Of a DNA stretch of 64,000 nt, positions 1 to 8,757 are shown one piece after another. The number at the start of each line of letters is the position of its first letter. Positions within the stretch are counted from its first letter, which is position 1. The notes below the pieces were generated by a model. That model saw only the letters and a list, made by a program, of their open reading frames with translations, did no database searches and had not been told where the DNA came from. A program made the translations under genes and the position numbers. The DNA comes from Candidatus Tepidifontimicrobium thermophilum (lineage in GTDB: Bacteria; Sysuimicrobiota; Sysuimicrobiia; Sysuimicrobiales; Sysuimicrobiaceae), in assembly GCA_031459915.1 (NCBI GenBank), contig JAVKHO010000005.1, positions 64,806 to 128,805 of the forward strand, in the 5' to 3' direction.

Positions 1-1557
1 GCCGCGCGCCCGCGCCACCTCCTCCTGGTGCTCCTCGTCGTTGTAGTAGGACCGGTTGTTCACCAGGACCACCAGGACGGGCAGCCGGTGGGCGCTGGCG
101 GTGTACAGGGCCCCGGGGGTGTACAGGAAGTCGCCCTCGGACTGCAGGTTCACCACCAGGCGGCCGGTGGAACGGTTGGCCAGGCACGCGCCCAGGGACA
201 CACCCATGCCGTAGCCCAGCCCGGCCCCCTCGTTGTAGCCGAGGAAGCAGTCAGGTTCCCGGAACGGCCACAGCCGGCGGGGCCAGCCGCCCAGCCGTCC
301 GTTGGCCAGCTGCCACGGGTGCTCGCGGATGGCCTGGCCCACCTCGTAGGCCAACCGGGCCAGGGAAATGGGGCGGTCCGCCCAGCGCTCCTGCAACACC
401 CTGCCGGCGCGCTCCCGGGCACGGCGGTGCACCTCCTGCACAAACCGCCGGCGATCCTCCCGGGCCGAAACACCGGGAGTTGCGCCCAGGCGCCGGCGGA
501 CCCGCTCCACCAGGATCGGCAACGTTACCGAGGTGTCCGCCACCACCGTGAGGTCCGTGGGCTGCATCTGGTTGACGTCGTGCACCCAGGCGCGGGCGTG
601 CAGGTCGCCCACGGTGACGTGGGCCACGCGGGCGTCCGGCCGCAGCAAGGGCCGGGCCTGCCGCGTGGTGCGGTCCACCGCAGCCCGCAGAGCGCCGTAC
701 AGGTCGTACACCTCCAGGGCCAGGACGAAGTCCGCCTGACCCAGCACCTCCTCCTTCGCGTCGCTGCAGTCCAGGGGGTGGTCCGCGGGGAAGCTGTGGC
801 GCCGGCCGGTGTCCACCACCGCGGCACCCAGGAGCTCCGCGAGCTCCACCAGGGCCGGCACGGCGGAGGGGTTTCGGCCCACCCGGTCCGCCAGGAGCAC
901 CGGGAACTCCGCCTGCGCCAGCCACTCCGCCAGCTGGTCCACCGCTCCGTCCTCGGGGGCCAGGCGCGTGCTTCGGAGGTAGCGGTCTGGGTCCGGGATC
1001 CGCACGGGTTCCTCCAGCCTGGCTTCCTGCAGCGCCGCGTCATAACACAGGTACACCGGCCCCTGGGGCTCCTGGGTAGCCAGCCGGTACGCGCGGAGGA
1101 AAGACTCGGGGATGGCCGCCAGGCTGGCGGGCTGGTCGTCCCACTTCACGTAGTCCCGGACCAGGTTGGCCTGGAGGTGCGCGGTGTGCACCCAGTCGAT
1201 CCACGGCCGCCGCTGCGCCGCGTCCATGGGACCGGTCCCGCCCACCACCAGCACCGGCTCCCGGTCGCACCACGCGTTGAAGATGGCCATGGACGCGTGC
1301 TGCAGCCCCACCACGTCGTGTACCAGGGCCACCATGGGCCGGTGGGCGGCTTTGGCGTACCCGTGGGCGACCGCTACCGCGATCTCCTCGTGGGTGCACA
1401 GCACCAGCTCGGGGTTCCGGTTGCCCGCATAGTTCACCAGGGAGTCGTGGATCCCGCGGAAGGTAGCGCCGGGGTTCAGGGCGGCGTACTCCACGCCACA
1501 GCGCCGCATGAGCTCCACGATGAGATCCGAGCCGTATTCCATGGGACGTTCCGTCAA
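1..1557 (-). CDS. Thiamine-diphosphate-binding protein (acetolactate synthase/benzoylformate decarboxylase superfamily); 3' end runs off the window
   Basis: Not in the ORF track because it has no stop in the window. Manual translation gives MEYGSDLIVELMRRCGVEYAALNPGATFRGIHDSLVNY...CTHEEIAVAVAHGYAKA...; near the window start VNLQSEGDFLYTPGALYTA...VNNRSYYND. Start is TTG 1557 (SD GGGAGGG) or ATG 1542. Confidence 0.85.
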   Translation of the reverse strand, partial: MTERPMEYGSDLIVELMRRCGVEYAALNPGATFRGIHDSLVNYAGNRNPELVLCTHEEIAVAVAHGYAKAAHRPMVALVHDVVGLQHASMAIFNAWCDREPVLVVGGTGPMDAAQRRPWIDWVHTAHLQANLVRDYVKWDDQPASLAAIPESFLRAYRLATQEPQGPVYLCYDAALQEARLEEPVRIPDPDRYLRSTRLAPEDGAVDQLAEWLAQAEFPVLLADRVGRNPSAVPALVELAELLGAAVVDTGRRHSFPADHPLDCSDAKEEVLGQADFVLALEVYDLYGALRAAVDRTTRQARPLLRPDARVAHVTVGDLHARAWVHDVNQMQPTDLTVVADTSVTLPILVERVRRRLGATPGVSAREDRRRFVQEVHRRARERAGRVLQERWADRPISLARLAYEVGQAIREHPWQLANGRLGGWPRRLWPFREPDCFLGYNEGAGLGYGMGVSLGACLANRSTGRLVVNLQSEGDFLYTPGALYTASAHRLPVLVVLVNNRSYYNDEEHQEEVARARG

Positions 1558-1569
1558 AGCACCCTCCCG

Positions 1570-2547
1570 TCACTCCACGAAGCTCGGAGGCCGGTCCAGG
1601 GTGGAGGGCGCGAACAGGCCCGCCACCTCCAGCCGGCGAGCGGTCAGCCCCTGCTCGTACGCGTACTGTGCGGCCGTCTCCAGCACGTGCCGGTTGGGCT
1701 CAAACCCGTACGCCCAGGGGTCCGGGCCCATCAGGCGACGCTGCTCCTCCAGGGCCGGCAGGAACCACGCCAGGCTCACGCGCCGGGGGTCCTGCAGCCG
1801 GCGGTAGCACTCCTGCTTGCTGGCCTCAAACGCCTGGAGGAGGTTCGTGGCCACCCACGGGTGGCGTTCCAGCACCGCGGTGCGCACCACCACCGTGTGC
1901 ATGATGGGGAAGATACGGGTGCGGGTGAAGTAGGCCCTCTCCCGCTCCGGGTAGTCCTCGAACAGCCGCCGCACCGCGGGGTCTCCCCGACGGTAGGAGG
2001 GAAGCACCTCAGGGTAGATGACCGCGTCCAGCTCCCCACAGGCCAGCATGCGGTCGATGTTGGCACCGGGGGGCACCCGCTCGAGCCGGATCCCCCTGGA
2101 GGAGGGGTCCACGGGGAGGTCCTCCTCGTCCTGGGCCAGCCACCGGATGGTCCGGAGGTCCACGGCGTACTCGTGCTGGAGGATCCCCCGCACCCACAGC
2201 CCTGCGGTGTTCTGGAAGGTCCGCAGCCCCACCTGCTTTCCCTGCAGATCCTGGGGCTCCCGCACACCTCCCCCGGATCGCACGAACACGTACCCGTGGC
2301 GGAATCGACGGTGGGGGAAGACGGGGATGGCGGTGAAGCGGTCGGTGCGGTCCCGGTCCACCAGGTAGGAGGCCAGGGAGAGCTCGCACACGTCGAACTC
2401 CTCGTGCCGCAGCATCCGCCAGTGGCGCTCCGGGGAGGGGAGGGTGACGCACACCAGCTCGATCCCTCCTGGCCGCACTCCCCCGTCCAGCAGCGGGCGC
2501 AGGAGGTCGTAGTCGCCGCAGGCGAGGCTGAGCTGCAGACGCGCCAT
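1570..2547 (-). CDS. 4,5-dihydroxyphthalate decarboxylase-like protein (Pht5 family, periplasmic-binding-protein fold)
   Basis: MARLQLSLACGDYDLLRPLLDG...FDVCELSLASYL...AIPVFPHRRFRH...IFPIMHTVV...DPWAYGFEPN, typical of this family; no signal peptide. Confidence 0.75.
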   Translation of the reverse strand: MARLQLSLACGDYDLLRPLLDGGVRPGGIELVCVTLPSPERHWRMLRHEEFDVCELSLASYLVDRDRTDRFTAIPVFPHRRFRHGYVFVRSGGGVREPQDLQGKQVGLRTFQNTAGLWVRGILQHEYAVDLRTIRWLAQDEEDLPVDPSSRGIRLERVPPGANIDRMLACGELDAVIYPEVLPSYRRGDPAVRRLFEDYPERERAYFTRTRIFPIMHTVVVRTAVLERHPWVATNLLQAFEASKQECYRRLQDPRRVSLAWFLPALEEQRRLMGPDPWAYGFEPNRHVLETAAQYAYEQGLTARRLEVAGLFAPSTLDRPPSFVE

Positions 2548-2552
2548 GAATC

Positions 2553-3302
2553 CTACCCGGACAGGGCGGGGTGCACCCAGCCCCGCTCCCACCGCTGGAG
2601 CTTCCGCACGTAGTAGCCCCAGTTGCGCTCCAGCTGCCGGGGGGAGTGCAGGTGGGCGGCCTTCTGCGCGACCTCCGCCTCCGGGGTCCACTCGTACGGC
2701 CCCAGGCAGGCGGCGAGGATCTGCAGCTTGGCGGCCCGCTCCAGCTGCAGGGCGAACAGGGCTGCTTCCTCCACGCTGGAGCCCACCGTCACGATCCCGT
2801 GGTTGCGCATCAGACACGCCCGGGCGGAACCCAAGGCCCGGGCCAGGGCCTCCCCCTGCTCCCGGGTGTGCACGAGGTCCGTGGTGAAGGTGTAACGGGG
2901 GACCTCCGGCCAGAACAGGGTACCCTCGTGGCTCACGGGGCGCAGGGGCACGTGGCTCGCCGCGAGCGCGGTGGCGTACGGCGGGTGGGTGTGGACCACG
3001 GCCATCACGTCGGACCGCGCCCGGTAGATCTCCGCATGGATGGGCAGCTCCGTGTGCGGCCGGCCGCTGCCCCAAACCTTGTTGCCGTCCAGGTCCACCA
3101 GCACCACATCGTCCGCGGTGACTTCGTCCAGGCCGAGCCCGCTGGCCTTGATCCAGTAGTACGGCGTCCCCGGATGCCGTGCGGACACGTGTCCCTGGGT
3201 GATGTCCGTGTGGCCCTCCATGGCCAGCACCCGGCACGCCACCGCCACCCGTTCTCGCAGCTCCGCGCCCTCCTGAGCCCAGCGATCTTCAGATCCCACC
3301 AC
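2553..3302 (-). CDS. Class II aldolase/adducin family protein (possible decarboxylase)
   Basis: GHVSAR, ELPIHAEIYRARSDVMAVVHTHPP and LMRNHGIVTVG metal-binding His motifs. Confidence 0.9.
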   Translation of the reverse strand: MVGSEDRWAQEGAELRERVAVACRVLAMEGHTDITQGHVSARHPGTPYYWIKASGLGLDEVTADDVVLVDLDGNKVWGSGRPHTELPIHAEIYRARSDVMAVVHTHPPYATALAASHVPLRPVSHEGTLFWPEVPRYTFTTDLVHTREQGEALARALGSARACLMRNHGIVTVGSSVEEAALFALQLERAAKLQILAACLGPYEWTPEAEVAQKAAHLHSPRQLERNWGYYVRKLQRWERGWVHPALSG

Positions 3303-3323
3303 ACACCTCCGTTTCGTGGAGTG

Positions 3324-4976
3324 TCAGCTTAAGCCATCCTCGTGTCCGGTCACCCGGGCCGCCAGGCGGAACACGCCCTCGCCGAAGGGGTCCCGGGGCA
3401 GGCGGTTCCCGCGCCACGCCACGTGGAGGTCGGGCCGGACCAGAATGAGGTCGTACCCGTACAGGTCCCGCACAGGTTCGTCCGGGATGTCCAGCACCTG
3501 GATGGGGGCCCGGAAGTACCCGAAGGCCTGCTCCAGCGGCGCGGTGTCCGTACGGGTTCCGCCGAGGCGGAGCAGGGAGTACCGGTCGGGCGGGAGACGG
3601 TCGTGGAGGGCGGTGCCGTCCCGTAGCCACACGTGAGGCAGGCGGGCGCCGGGCCAGGTGGTGGGCCGGTACTCCATGAAGCTGTCGGGGGGCGGGTCCC
3701 CGGGCTCCGGCCAGACGATGGGCGAGCCCAGGTAGCGGTAGCCCAGTTCCGTACCCAGCATCTCGTTGGTCTTGCGCTGCTCCACGTTGGCGATCCGCGC
3801 CATCTCCTCGCGCGCCTGCTGGCCCTCGGGCGTGGGCTCCGAGATCCACGGCTTGTACGCGGCGCGCCACGCCTGACGGCCCAGGGCCGCAAACCGTGCC
3901 GCGGCCACCGCCCGCTCGCCCACGGGCCGACGTTCCGCCTCGTAGGAAGCCAGCAGCTTGACCCCGCCCCATCCCTGCAGGACCGCGGCCAGCTTCCACG
4001 CCAGGTCCGTGGCGTCGCCCACCCCGGTGTTCATGCCCAGGCCGCCCGTGGGGATCACCAGGTGGACGGCGTCCCCCGCCAGGAACACTCGGCCCACCCG
4101 GTACCGTTCCGCCAACAGCAGCTGCTGGCGCCACCGCCCCGCGTAGAGCAGCTCGTAGCGGACCGGCATCCGCACCACCCGCTCGAAGATGCGGGGCATC
4201 TCCGCGTCGTCCTCCACCACCGCGTGCAGGGTGAAGTGGCGGGCGTCGTCCTGGACGATGAGCATGGTCTGCTGGGTGTCCGCCACGTGGTAGTGCCGGC
4301 CCTTGCCGACGGGGATCCGCTCGAACAGGTCCTCGGACCGGAACAGGGCCTGGCACAGCTCCCGGATGTTCCCCTCGCCGTGGAGCGCCACCCCCAGCAG
4401 CTCCCGGACCGTGCTGTTCCCGCCGTCGCAGCCCACCAGGTACTGCGCCCGCACCTCCACCACCGCGCCGTCGCTGGTCCTGCGGACCTGAGCGGTGACC
4501 CCGTGGGTGTCCTGCTGGAAGGACACCAGCTCGTGGCCGTAGCGGACGGTAACCGTAGGCAAGGCTTCCGCCTCGGACTTCAGCAGCGGTTCCAGGGTGT
4601 ACTGCGAGATGAGCTGGTAGGGCTCCAGGGGCAGTGTTCCGTCGTTGCGGGAGCGGATCTGGGCCTCGGCCTCCGCCACCGACGGGTAGGCTAGCCGGAG
4701 GATGGGGGGATCCACCAGGGAGGTGACGATGAACACATCCATAGGGTAGTGCCGGGGAAAGCCCGCCTGCCGGATCTTCTCCGCGATCCGCATCCGCCGG
4801 TAGATCTCCATGGTGCGGGCGTTGCAGCGTTCCATCTTGGGGAGGAACTGGGGGGCCTCCTTGCGCTCCACCAGGACGCAGCGCACGCCCCGCTGCCCGA
4901 GATCCACGGCCAGGGTAAGGCCCACCGGCCCGGCCCCGACGATCAGGACCTGCGTCTGCAGCTGCAGGTTCGCCAT
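3324..4976 (-). CDS. FAD-dependent aromatic monooxygenase (PheA/TfdB-like)
   Basis: VLIVGAGPVG, YLVGCDGGNS, FLAGDAVH..PTGGLGMNTG and C-terminal PGARLPH/LVRPDLHVAWR. Start trimmed to ATG 4976. Confidence 0.9.
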   Translation of the reverse strand: MANLQLQTQVLIVGAGPVGLTLAVDLGQRGVRCVLVERKEAPQFLPKMERCNARTMEIYRRMRIAEKIRQAGFPRHYPMDVFIVTSLVDPPILRLAYPSVAEAEAQIRSRNDGTLPLEPYQLISQYTLEPLLKSEAEALPTVTVRYGHELVSFQQDTHGVTAQVRRTSDGAVVEVRAQYLVGCDGGNSTVRELLGVALHGEGNIRELCQALFRSEDLFERIPVGKGRHYHVADTQQTMLIVQDDARHFTLHAVVEDDAEMPRIFERVVRMPVRYELLYAGRWRQQLLLAERYRVGRVFLAGDAVHLVIPTGGLGMNTGVGDATDLAWKLAAVLQGWGGVKLLASYEAERRPVGERAVAAARFAALGRQAWRAAYKPWISEPTPEGQQAREEMARIANVEQRKTNEMLGTELGYRYLGSPIVWPEPGDPPPDSFMEYRPTTWPGARLPHVWLRDGTALHDRLPPDRYSLLRLGGTRTDTAPLEQAFGYFRAPIQVLDIPDEPVRDLYGYDLILVRPDLHVAWRGNRLPRDPFGEGVFRLAARVTGHEDGLS

Positions 4977-5033
4977 GGCGTCCTCGCGTCCGCTACTACC
5001 GTCTTCGACTGGAAGCTGGAACGCAACGGGCGT

Positions 5034-5050
5034 GTTCGAGAATGCTGAAC
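5034..5050. promoter_or_regulatory. Putative IclR operator GTTC-N9-GAAC
   Basis: GTTCgagaatgctGAAC, 58 bp upstream of the monooxygenase start; same spacing as the boxes at 15435-15472. Confidence 0.55.
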
Positions 5051-5076
5051 CAGCCCGCGGCGGAGGGGGAAGCGGG

Positions 5077-5775
5077 CTACAGCAGCGCCGGCAGGATCTC
5101 CAACCACATCCCCACACCCACCGCCACGCTGGCCAGACCGGCGGAAGCGCGCACGATCTGGTACAGCCGCTCCCAGCGGGAGACCGCGGCCAGGGTAGGC
5201 GCGGCGATGCACAGGCTGGTGAGGAACATGCCGGCCCAAGTCCCCACGCCGAAGGCCAGGAGGTACGCCACGCCCGCCGCCAGGGAAGTCGCCGCGGTCA
5301 TGGCCACCACCGCGGCAGCGCCGCTCCCCGCCAGGCCGTGGACGACGCCTATCAGGAAACTGATGCGTCCCCGAGCCCCTTCCGACGTGTGCGTGTGCGC
5401 GTGGTCAGGGCCTCCCAGGTGGGTGTGGAAATGTGGGTGGGACCGGCCGTCGTGCTCGTGGACGTGGAAGTGTACCCGCTCGCGCCGAAGCGCCCACAGG
5501 GTGCGCAATCCGAGGACCACCAGCAGGACCCCCACGCCTAGATCCACGGTGTGCTCCCACGCCTCAGGCAACCGCACCCGCAACGCCAGCAGCGGCAGGC
5601 CAACCGCGGCGATGGGCAGCAGGTGGCCTGCACCCCACCACAGCCCGAGCCGCGCCGCGGGCCACAGGCGGCGCTCCTCTGCCACGAGGGTGGAGACCGC
5701 CACGAGGTGGTCCGGGTCCAGGGCGTGCCGGACCCCCAGGACGAACGCTGCCCCCAGCAACAGGGCAAAGGACAC
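5077..5775 (-). CDS. UreH/NiCoT-like nickel/cobalt membrane transporter
   Basis: GVRHALDPDH motif, His-rich loop HFHVHEHDGRSHPHFHTH, GVVHGLAGSG and several TM segments; GTG 5775 follows GGAGG. Confidence 0.75.
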   Translation of the reverse strand: MSFALLLGAAFVLGVRHALDPDHLVAVSTLVAEERRLWPAARLGLWWGAGHLLPIAAVGLPLLALRVRLPEAWEHTVDLGVGVLLVVLGLRTLWALRRERVHFHVHEHDGRSHPHFHTHLGGPDHAHTHTSEGARGRISFLIGVVHGLAGSGAAAVVAMTAATSLAAGVAYLLAFGVGTWAGMFLTSLCIAAPTLAAVSRWERLYQIVRASAGLASVAVGVGMWLEILPALL

Positions 5776-5891
5776 GGAAACCTCCTGTCCTGCCGGGCCA
5801 GCGCGGAGGTGGGCCGGGTCCGTACCCCGCACGTGACCGGTTTTCCCGGACAAGCCTAGCTACGGCTGTGCGTGCGGTCAAGCGGCGCGGT

Positions 5892-5908
5892 GTGCAGGAT
5901 AGCGGAAC
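5892..5908. promoter_or_regulatory. Putative IclR operator (GTGC-N9-GAAC variant)
   Basis: GTGCaggatagcgGAAC in the divergent intergenic region; shares the ggata core with the 15456-15472 box. Confidence 0.4.
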
Positions 5909-5985
5909 CGCGCGCTTGTACGCCGGCTGGCCTCGTGTTACGCAGGGGATGGCGTGGCAGCAGGCGCGGGAAGGGGGTGGTGCAC

Positions 5986-7002
5986 GTGCGGGCGCGTTGG
6001 GCTGTGGCGGTCGCCTCGGCGGTGTTACTTGCCACGGCTGCCTCGGTAGCTCCCGCCCAAACGCCGTTTACAGGCCGCACCGTGACGGTGCTGGTGGGCA
6101 ACCCTCCGGGAGGCGGCTACGACCGTTTCGCACGGCTGGTGGCGCGACACCTGCCCCGGTACCTGCCCGGCAGCCCCACCGTGGTGGTGCAGAACATGCC
6201 CGGGGCGGGTGGGATCGTGGCCGCCAACCACCTGTACAACGTGGCGCGGTCGGACGGCTATACCCTGGGCCTGTTCAACCGCAACCTCGTGATCGCCCAG
6301 CTGGCGGGGGTACAGGAGCTGCGGCTGGACATGCGGCGCTGGCACTGGATCGGAAACCTGGCGGGGGAGACGTACGTGTTCGCCATCCGCTCGGACCTCC
6401 CGTACCGCCACGTGTTGGACCTCCGGCACGCGGAGCCGCCGGTGGCGGTGGGCTCCACGGGACCGGGCACGGGCTCCCACGACTACCCGCTGGCCCTGAA
6501 GGTGTTCCTCCGGCTGAACCTGCGGATCATCAGTGGCTACCAGGGAACCGGAGAGGTGGCTCTGGCAGTGGAGCGGCGGGAGCTGGATGGTCGGGCGGGT
6601 GCCTGGTCTTCCCTGCTGCCCCACATCCGGCGCGGCGTCCTGCGTCCCCTGGTGCGGACCCTTTCCGACAACCCGGACCCGCAGCTACGCGCCCTGCCTG
6701 TGGACCAGGACCTGGCTACAGGGGAGGTGGCGCGGGCGGTGCTGCGGCTGCGGTCCATCACCCTGAAGCTGGGTCGGCCTTTCGTGGCGCCGCCGGGAGC
6801 GCCGGTGGAGCTGGTGCGGGCCTACCAGGAGGCCTTCCGCCGCCTGGCGCAGGATCCCGCCTTCCGGTCTGAGGCGGAGCGCAGCGGGTTCGAGCCCGCC
6901 TACACCTCACCGGAGGAGTGCCTGCGCACGGTGCAGGAGGTCCTGTCGGCACCGCCGGGGGTGCAGCGGGTGTTCCGGGAGCTGTTCCAGTTCGGCGAGT
7001 GA
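5986..7002 (+). CDS. Bug/TctC tripartite tricarboxylate transporter substrate-binding protein
   Basis: Signal peptide, then VGNPPGGGYDRFARL, VQNMPGAGG and GYQGTGEVALAVERRELDG. Confidence 0.85.
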   Translation: MRARWAVAVASAVLLATAASVAPAQTPFTGRTVTVLVGNPPGGGYDRFARLVARHLPRYLPGSPTVVVQNMPGAGGIVAANHLYNVARSDGYTLGLFNRNLVIAQLAGVQELRLDMRRWHWIGNLAGETYVFAIRSDLPYRHVLDLRHAEPPVAVGSTGPGTGSHDYPLALKVFLRLNLRIISGYQGTGEVALAVERRELDGRAGAWSSLLPHIRRGVLRPLVRTLSDNPDPQLRALPVDQDLATGEVARAVLRLRSITLKLGRPFVAPPGAPVELVRAYQEAFRRLAQDPAFRSEAERSGFEPAYTSPEECLRTVQEVLSAPPGVQRVFRELFQFGE

Positions 7003-7028
7003 AGGAGGCCCGCTGGTTGGAGGCGCGG

Positions 7029-8753
7029 ATGCGGAAGTACGTCTCGGATCTCATCGTGGATCTGCTGCAGCGGTTCGGCGTGCCCTACGTGAGTCTGAAC
7101 CCGGGCAGTAGCTTCCGCGGGCTGCACGACTCCCTCGTCAACTACGGCGGCAACCGCCCGGAGATCGTGGAGTGCCCGCACGAGAAGATCGCGGTGGGCA
7201 TCGCGCACGGGTACGCCCGGGTCACGGGCCGGCCCATGGCCACCGTGCTCCACAACGTGGTGGGGTTGCTGCACGGCAGCATGGGGATCTACCAGGCGTT
7301 TTTGGACCGCGTGCCGATGCTGGTGCTGGGCGCCACCGGCCCCGCGGACGTGGCCTTGCGGCGTCCCCGGATCGACTGGGATCACACCGCCCTCCTGCAG
7401 GGCACCGCGGTCCGGGACTTCGTGAAGTGGGACGACCAGCCCGTGGGGGTGGACGCGGTGGTGGAGTCCTTCGCCCGGGGCTACCGGGTGGCGTGCACGG
7501 AACCTGCCGGCCCCGTGTACCTTTGCTACGACGTGGCTTTCCAGGAGGAGGAGCTCAAGCGGGAGGTGGCCCTCCCCGATCCCGCTCGGGCGGTGTACAC
7601 GCGGCTGCAGCCGGACCCCCAGGCAGTGGAGCGGGCCAGCGACTGGCTGGTGGAAGCCCGCCGGCCGGTAATCGTGGCGGACCTTCTGGGCCGTCACCCG
7701 GAGACTGTGGCCGCTTTGGCGGAACTGGCGGAGCTTCTGGCAGCGCCCGTGGTGGACGCGGGCGGCCGACTGAACCTGCCCAACACCCACCCCCTGTGGC
7801 GCCGGAGCCGGGAGGTCCTGCGGGGTGCGGACTGCGTGCTGCTGCTGGACGTGCGGGACCTGTTCGGCTGGCTGCACGAATACGACGAGCGGGAACGGGT
7901 GGCCGACCGACTGGTGGCGGACGGCTGCCGGGTGGTGGAGGTGGGATACGGGGACCTGGGCATCCGCGCGTGGTCCCACCAGTTCCAGCGCTACCAAGAG
8001 GTAGACCTGTCGATTCTGGCGGATACCCGGGAGGCGGTTCCGGCCCTGGTGGAGTGCTGCCGCGACCGCCTCCGCAGCCGCGGGGACGCGGACGAACGTT
8101 CCAACCGACGGGCCCGCCTGGCGGAGGAACACGCCCGCATTCGGGGTCGCTGGCGGGAGGTTGCACAGTCCGCGCGGCCGCAGGCGCCGATGGCCACCAG
8201 CCGGTTCGTGTGGGAGGTGTGGGAGCAGATCCGTGGGCGCGACTTTGTCTTCACCGGGAGCCTGGTGAACGACTGGATCCCGAAGCTGTGGGACTTCGAC
8301 CGGCCGGACCGCTATGCGGGCAAACCCCTGGGGACCGCGACCCAGATCGGCATCAGCCTGGGGGTGGGGCTCGCGTACCGCGGCTCGAGCAAGCTGGTGG
8401 TGAACGTGCAGACGGACGGGGACCTGATGTACGACCTGGGCGCCCTGTGGGTGGCGAGTCACTCCCGCATCCCCATGCTGACGGTGATGTTCAACAACCG
8501 GGCTTACTACAACGACTGGGAGCACCAGATCGAGGTGGCACGGGCGCGGGGCCGCGACGAGGCCCGGGCGTACGTGGGCATGGAGCTGGATCGGCCGGCC
8601 CCGGACTTCGCTTCGGTGGCCCGTGCCCTCGGCTGGTACGCGGAGGGTCCCATCGAGGACGCCCGCCAGGTGGGCCCTGCCGTGCAGCGGGCTCTGCGGG
8701 CGGTGGAGGAAGGTACGCCGGCGTTGGTGGACTGTGTCACCGCCTTCCGGTGA
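7029..8753 (+). CDS. Thiamine-diphosphate-binding protein, paralog of the 1-1557 gene
   Basis: SDLIVDLL...LNPGSSFRGLHDSLVNY, HEKIAVGIAHGYA and QTDGDLMY...FNNRAYYND. Confidence 0.88.
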   Translation: MRKYVSDLIVDLLQRFGVPYVSLNPGSSFRGLHDSLVNYGGNRPEIVECPHEKIAVGIAHGYARVTGRPMATVLHNVVGLLHGSMGIYQAFLDRVPMLVLGATGPADVALRRPRIDWDHTALLQGTAVRDFVKWDDQPVGVDAVVESFARGYRVACTEPAGPVYLCYDVAFQEEELKREVALPDPARAVYTRLQPDPQAVERASDWLVEARRPVIVADLLGRHPETVAALAELAELLAAPVVDAGGRLNLPNTHPLWRRSREVLRGADCVLLLDVRDLFGWLHEYDERERVADRLVADGCRVVEVGYGDLGIRAWSHQFQRYQEVDLSILADTREAVPALVECCRDRLRSRGDADERSNRRARLAEEHARIRGRWREVAQSARPQAPMATSRFVWEVWEQIRGRDFVFTGSLVNDWIPKLWDFDRPDRYAGKPLGTATQIGISLGVGLAYRGSSKLVVNVQTDGDLMYDLGALWVASHSRIPMLTVMFNNRAYYNDWEHQIEVARARGRDEARAYVGMELDRPAPDFASVARALGWYAEGPIEDARQVGPAVQRALRAVEEGTPALVDCVTAFR

Positions 8754-8757
8754 GCCT

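Noticed and set aside
28..2613. 861-aa + strand ORF, and similar long ORFs at 29832-32441 and 52224-56090
   Set aside because: Antisense shadows of real genes, expected in high-GC DNA; the translations show no family motifs.
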